DNA from: an uncultured delta proteobacterium
GTDB lineage: Bacteria; Myxococcota; Myxococcia; Myxococcales; Myxococcaceae
Direction: 5' to 3'
Assembly: GCA_963796055.1 (NCBI GenBank)
Contig: CAWCKH010000004.1
Span: forward strand, 1,696,001-1,760,000
Length of the DNA stretch: 64,000 bases
Under the pieces are notes generated by a model. The model was not told the DNA's origin. It saw only the letters and a program-made list of their open reading frames with translations, and did no database searches. Numbering within the stretch: position 1 is the first letter of the stretch; each line of letters begins with the position of its first letter. The position numbers and the translations under genes were made by a program. This document shows, piece by piece, positions 59,121-64,000 of the stretch.

Positions 59121-62100
59121 ATGCACGTGGACCGCCGCACGTTTCTCAAGGGGACTGCCGCCGTCGGTGGAGCGGTGGGGCTGGGGTTCTTCGATCTGTC
59201 CGAAGCCCGCGCCGAGATGCGGGAGCTGAAGATCTCCCGCACCACCGAGACCCGGAGCACCTGTCCCTACTGCTCCGTGTCATGCGGGGTGATCATCCAC
59301 ACCCTCGGGGACAAGGCGAAGAACGTCTCCGGCTCGGTGGTGTACGTCGAGGGAGACCCTGACCATCCGATCAACCGCGGGACGCTCTGCCCCAAGGGCG
59401 CCACCCTCAAGAACGACATTCACCACCCCGGCCGGCTGACCGTCCCCAAGGTGCGGCGCCCCGGTTCCGACCGGTGGGAAGAGATCTCTTGGGACGCGGC
59501 CATCGCCGGCATCGCCAAGCACATCAAGGACACCCGGGACCGGACCTTCGTCGCCAAGAACGCTGCCGGGGCGGTGGTGAACCGCACCCCGGGCATCGGG
59601 CTCATCGGCGGCTGCACCGACACCAACGAGTTCAATCTCTTGCAGTGGAAGTTCGGCGCCGGCCTCGGCATCACGTACCGAGACACACAAGCTCGAGTAT
59701 GACACGGTCCAACGGTGGCCAGTTTGGCCGCCACGTTCGGTCGCGGTGCGATGACCAACGGCTGGGTGGACATCAAGAACGCGGACGTCGTGTTCGTGAT
59801 GGGCGGTAACCCGGCCGAGAACCATCCCTGCGGATTCAAGTGGGCGATCGAGGCGAAGAAGACGCGCGGGGCGAAGATCGTCTCCGTGGATCCGCGGTTC
59901 CAGCGGACCGCGGCGGTGGCCGATCTCTACGCCCCACTTCGCGCAGGGACGGACATCGCCTTCCTCCACGGCATCATCCGCTACGCCCTGGAGACGAAGC
60001 GCTACCACGCCGACTACGTGAAGCTGCACACCAACGCCTCGTACATCGTCGGTGAGAAGTACGGCTTCCAGGACGGCCTGTTCAGCGGCTTCGACGAGAA
60101 GAAGGGCGAGTACGACAAGACAGCCTGGGGTTACGAGCCGGACGCACAGAGCAAGGCCTACGGCGTCGACCGGACGCTGGAAAACCCCCGCTGCGTCCTC
60201 CAGCTCTTGAAGAAGCACGTGGACCGCTACACGCCGGAGATGGTGGAGAAGATCTGCGGCACGCCCAAGGCGCAGTTCCTGAAGGTCGCCGAGATGGTGA
60301 CCTCCACCGGGAACGCGGAGAAGGTTGGCACCATCCTGTACGCGCTGGGCTGGACCCAGCACTCGGTGGGAGTTCAGATCATTCGCACCGCGGCGATGCT
60401 CCAGCTGCTCCTGGGCAACGTCGGCCGGCCGGGCGGCGGGGTCAACGCGCTCCGTGGGCACTCGAACATCCAGGGCGCCACCGACATGGGCGGGACGTTC
60501 GACATCCTCCCCGGCTACCTCAAGACGCCGAGCTCGAACCTGCCCGACCTCGCCACCTATCTGGAGAAGAGCACGCCCTGGACGCTGAACAAGATGGCCT
60601 GGGCGTCCATGAACTACTGGACCAACTACCCCAAGTTCATGGTCTCGCTGCTCAAGACGCTCTGGGGCAAGGCGGCCACCAAGGAGAACGACTTCGGCTA
60701 CGCCTGGCTACCGAAGGTCGACGGGAACTACTCCTGGGTCTACATGTTCGACGACATGTACCGCGGCAGCAGCAAGCGCGCGGGCGGCGACGAACCCGGA
60801 CCCGAGGGCCTGATCTCCTTCGGCATGAACCCGGTAGGGACCGGTCCCAACTCGCCGAAGATGGTCGCGGCGCTCTCCAAGCTGAAGTGGCTGGTGATGG
60901 TGGAGAACCAGGAGAACGAGACCGCGGCGTTCTGGAAAGCGCCGAAGGATCTCGGGACACCGGACGCCGCGCAGATCAAGACCGAAGTCTACCTGCTCCC
61001 CGCCACCAATTTCGCGGAGAAGGACGGCACATTCACCAACTCCGGTCGCTGGGCGCAGTGGAAGTGGAAGGCGGTGGACGGCCCGGGCCAGTCCAAGAGC
61101 GACCAGGAGATCATCAGCCGCATGCTCCTCGCGCTGAAGGACCTGTACAAGAAGGAGCCGGGCGCGCTGCCCGAAGCGGTGTTCAACATCTCCTGGCCGT
61201 ACACCAACCCGGCCAACCCCGACCTGTCCGAGGTGCTGAAGGAAATCAACGGCAAGGCGATCACCGACCTGGTCGAGCCGCCGAAGGATCCGAAGTCCAA
61301 GGAGCCGCCGAAGGTTCTCAAGACCGCCGGGCAGCAGCTGGACGGCTTCGCCCAGCTCCGGGACGACGGCAGCACCTCCTGCGGCAACTGGCTCTACGGC
61401 GGCGTGTTCACCGAGGCCGGGAACATGTCGCAGCGGCGGAACAATGCCGACCCCCTGGGACTCGGAATGTTCCACCAGTGGGCCTTCAGCTGGCCCGCCA
61501 ACCGGCGCGTCATGTACAACCGCGCCTCGGCCGACGCGGAGGGAAAGCCGTGGGATCCGAAGCGCGCCGGCATCCAGTGGAACGGCACGAAGTGGGTGGG
61601 TGACGTCCCGGACATGAAACCGGACGCGCCGCCCGGGCAATTCGGCGCGTTCATCATGCTCCCCGAGGGCGTGGGCCGGCTCTTCTCGCCGGTGCTGAAC
61701 GACGGGCCCTTCCCCGAGCACTACGAGGCGGTGGAAGCACCGGTGGACAACCCGCTCCACCCCAAGGTGTCGGCCAGCCCGGTGCTGAAGCGCTTCAACA
61801 GCGACAAGGACAAGTGGGGCAAGGCGGACGAGTTCCCGATCGTCTGCACCACCTACCGCCTCACCGAGCACTTCCACTACTGGACCAAGCACCAGGCCGG
61901 CGGACGGCTCAACGAGGTGCAACCCGGCATCTTCTTCGAGATCCCCGAGGAGCTGGCGAAGGAGAAGGGCATCCAGAACGGAGAGATGGTGAGGGTCTCC
62001 TCGGCGAGGGGATCGATCGAGGGCCCGGCGATGGTCACCAAGCGGATGCCGGGCTTCATGATCAACGGCAAGCGCGTCTGGCAGATCGGCTTCCCCATTC

Positions 62101-62237
62101 ACTGGGGATATAGCGGTGACCCCAAGCACCCCGGCCCGCTGGCGAACCTCCTGACCAGCTCGGCCATCGACCCGAACACCTGGACGCCGGAGTTCAAGAC
62201 CTTCCTGGTGAAGCTCGAGAAGGTGGGGAGGGCCTGA
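59121..62237 (+). CDS. fdnG: Formate dehydrogenase-N type alpha subunit, selenocysteine at codon 194
   Basis: Tat motif DRRTFLK; CPYCSVSC...LCPKG; QARV-UGA-HGPTV in frame across the two ORF-track fragments; ALRGHSNIQG; YRLTEH. Confidence 0.96.
59700..59732 (+). promoter_or_regulatory. Sec UGA codon and bacterial SECIS hairpin
   Basis: TGA at 59700-59702, 11-nt spacer, then stem-loop GGTGGCCA-GTT-TGGCCGCC. Confidence 0.88.
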
Positions 62238-62239
62238 CC

Positions 62240-63121
62240 ATGGCGATTCCCGGTCTCGAGGTCATCCAGTCGTCCGCGTCGCTCCGGGGCACCGGCTCCG
62301 GGCTGCGGACCATGCCCAACGTCGCCAAGCTCATCGACACCTCGACCTGCATCGGCTGCAAGGCCTGCGAGGTGGCCTGCCAGGAGTGGAACGACCTGCC
62401 GAACGCGAAGACGGTGCAGGACGGCAGCTACCAGACCCTCCCCGGCCTGCAGGCCGACTTCTGGAACCTCATCAAGTTCCACGAGGTGGAGGTGGACGGC
62501 AGCTTCGCCTGGCTGATGCGCAAGGATCAGTGCATGCACTGCGGGGATCCGGGCTGCCTCAAGGCGTGCCCCGCGCCGGGTGCCATCGTCCAGTACTCCA
62601 ACGGCATCGTCGACGTGAACCCCGATCAGTGCATCGGGTGCCGCCTCTGCGAGACCGGCTGTCCGTTCGACGTCCCGCGCTTCTCGGAGAAGACCGGGAA
62701 GATGTCCAAGTGCACGCTCTGCGTGGACCGGACCACGGTCGGCCTCGAGCCGGCCTGCGTGAAGGCCTGCCCCACGGGGTGCCTGCACTTCGGAACGAAG
62801 GCGGACATGCTCTCGCTGGGCAACGAGCGGGTGAAGCAGCTCAAGACCGACGGCTACGCCAGCGCCGGGCTGTACGATCCCCCCGGGGTCGGTGGGACCG
62901 GAGTCCTCACCGTGCTGAAGCACGCCGACAAGCCCGAGATCTACGGGCTGCCGCGCGACCCGACCGTGCCCAAGTCGGTCCGGTTCGTGAAGAGCTACCT
63001 GCGGCCGCTCGGACTGCTGGGCCTCGGTGCGGTGGTGGTGGGCCTCGTCGGTCACTACCTCAAGTTCGGACCCCGGGAGCCACCCAAGGGCCCGCCGTCA
63101 ACCCCTCCCCCCACGGCCTGA
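62240..63121 (+). CDS. fdnH: Formate dehydrogenase beta (FeS) subunit
   Basis: CIGCKACEVAC, CMHC..PGCLKACP, CIGCRLCETGCP, KCTLC...PACVKACP; C-terminal TM helix. Confidence 0.96.
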   Translation: MAIPGLEVIQSSASLRGTGSGLRTMPNVAKLIDTSTCIGCKACEVACQEWNDLPNAKTVQDGSYQTLPGLQADFWNLIKFHEVEVDGSFAWLMRKDQCMHCGDPGCLKACPAPGAIVQYSNGIVDVNPDQCIGCRLCETGCPFDVPRFSEKTGKMSKCTLCVDRTTVGLEPACVKACPTGCLHFGTKADMLSLGNERVKQLKTDGYASAGLYDPPGVGGTGVLTVLKHADKPEIYGLPRDPTVPKSVRFVKSYLRPLGLLGLGAVVVGLVGHYLKFGPREPPKGPPSTPPPTA

Positions 63122-63140
63122 AAGAGCGAGGAGACACGTC

Positions 63141-63839
63141 ATGTCCGAGCCTCTCCGCGCCGTCCCTGCCCGCTCCAGCGCCGATCCAGGCATCCTCCTC
63201 GCCCAGGCCCAGGAGGACCTGGTCGTCGGCGACGAGCTGGTCCGCTTCCGCTACTACACCCGGGCCGTGCACTGGGGCGTGGCGCTGACCTTCTTCGTCT
63301 GCCTCTTCACCGGGCTGCCCATCTGGACGCCAATCTTCGGCTGGCTCGCGCCGCTGTTCGGCGGGCTGCAAGTCTGCCGCTGGCTGCACCCCTGGACCGG
63401 CATCGCCTTCGCCGTCTTCGCCCTGCTCCAGTTCGTCCACTGGGCGGGTGCGATGCGGATGACCCCCGCCGACAAGCGTTTCACCTCGAACATCCTTGCC
63501 TACCTGCGCTGGGAAACGCACGATGAGGAGACCGGCAAGTTCAACGGCGGGCAGAAGCTGCTGTTCTGGCTGAGCAGCCTGGCCGCGCTCGCGCTCCTCG
63601 CCACCGGGGTGGTGCTCTGGTGGCCGGAGTACTTCGGCAGCACGATGCGCGAGGCATCGTGGGTGCTGCACGACGTGACCTTCATTGCCTTCACGCTCTT
63701 GATCATCGGCCACATCTACCTGGCCATCGCCGAGCCGGGGACCTTCTCCGCCATGGTGAAGGGGACGGTGACCAAGGCCTGGGCACGCCTGCACCACCCG
63801 GCGTGGTACCGCGAAGTGACCGGTGACAAGCGGCGCTGA
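63141..63839 (+). CDS. fdnI: Formate dehydrogenase gamma (cytochrome b) subunit
   Basis: RAVHW, WLHP, GKFNGGQK, VLHD, GHIY, WARLHHPAW. Confidence 0.95.
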   Translation: MSEPLRAVPARSSADPGILLAQAQEDLVVGDELVRFRYYTRAVHWGVALTFFVCLFTGLPIWTPIFGWLAPLFGGLQVCRWLHPWTGIAFAVFALLQFVHWAGAMRMTPADKRFTSNILAYLRWETHDEETGKFNGGQKLLFWLSSLAALALLATGVVLWWPEYFGSTMREASWVLHDVTFIAFTLLIIGHIYLAIAEPGTFSAMVKGTVTKAWARLHHPAWYREVTGDKRR

Positions 63840-64000
63840 GCGGTTGACTGCGCGGTTCGAGCAGCGGGCCGGGCGCGCCGAGGCGCTGGCGGAGGCGCCG
63901 TCGTCCGGGCGCGAGCCGCTGCGCTTCGCCGCCGGGTTGTTCCGGGCGCAGGGACGGGCCGCGGCAGGGGTCCTCGAGGTGCACGCTCGCACGCCGCTGA
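63823..64000 (+). CDS. fdhE: FdhE-like accessory protein (3' partial)
   Basis: Frame open to the window end (FEQRAGRAEALA...EPLRFAAGLFRAQ); position after fdnI. The diagnostic Cys motifs lie outside the window. Confidence 0.65.
   Translation, partial: MTSGAERLTARFEQRAGRAEALAEAPSSGREPLRFAAGLFRAQGRAAAGVLEVHARTPL

Noticed and set aside
59121..59702. fdnG as a truncated gene or pseudogene
   Set aside because: The stop is a Sec UGA with SECIS and the frame continues.

Overview
High-GC, gene-dense bacterial window. A myxobacterium (Myxococcota) is likely; this is inferred from the large Ser/Thr kinases, a myxococcal-type sigma-70 coupled to a zinc-finger kinase, and PDGG-rich lipoproteins. I found no rRNA, tRNA, CRISPR array or intact mobile element. 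Main blocks: (1) A ~12 kb minus-strand clade II (Sec-exported) nitrous-oxide reductase operon, ric - NAD(P)/FAD/FeS oxidoreductase - Rieske - cytochrome b - pentaheme cytochrome c - nosZ-nosB-nosD-nosF-nosL-nosY. It has a sigma-54 -24/-12 promoter and a divergent ywiC-like gene plus a sensor-less sigma-54 activator. (2) A tightly coupled ~7 kb eight-gene minus-strand operon that I cannot match to a described system: 56-aa Gly-rich lipopeptide ending in Trp - ferritin-like diiron protein - YceI - heme-c/beta-barrel fusion - second beta-barrel - cupredoxin - zinc-finger Ser/Thr kinase - sigma factor. (3) A selenocysteine formate dehydrogenase operon (fdnGHI-fdhE; in-frame UGA plus SECIS) directly behind a PhnD-like ABC transporter of the putative selenate type. 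(4) Smaller modules: mddA with a wHTH/hydrolase regulator, a CaaD-alpha-like tautomerase coupled to mmsA, dehydratase-RidA-ArsR, SRPBCC-YciI-ECF42, and several deletion scars or gene remnants. All family calls come from motifs recognised by eye; no database search was run.
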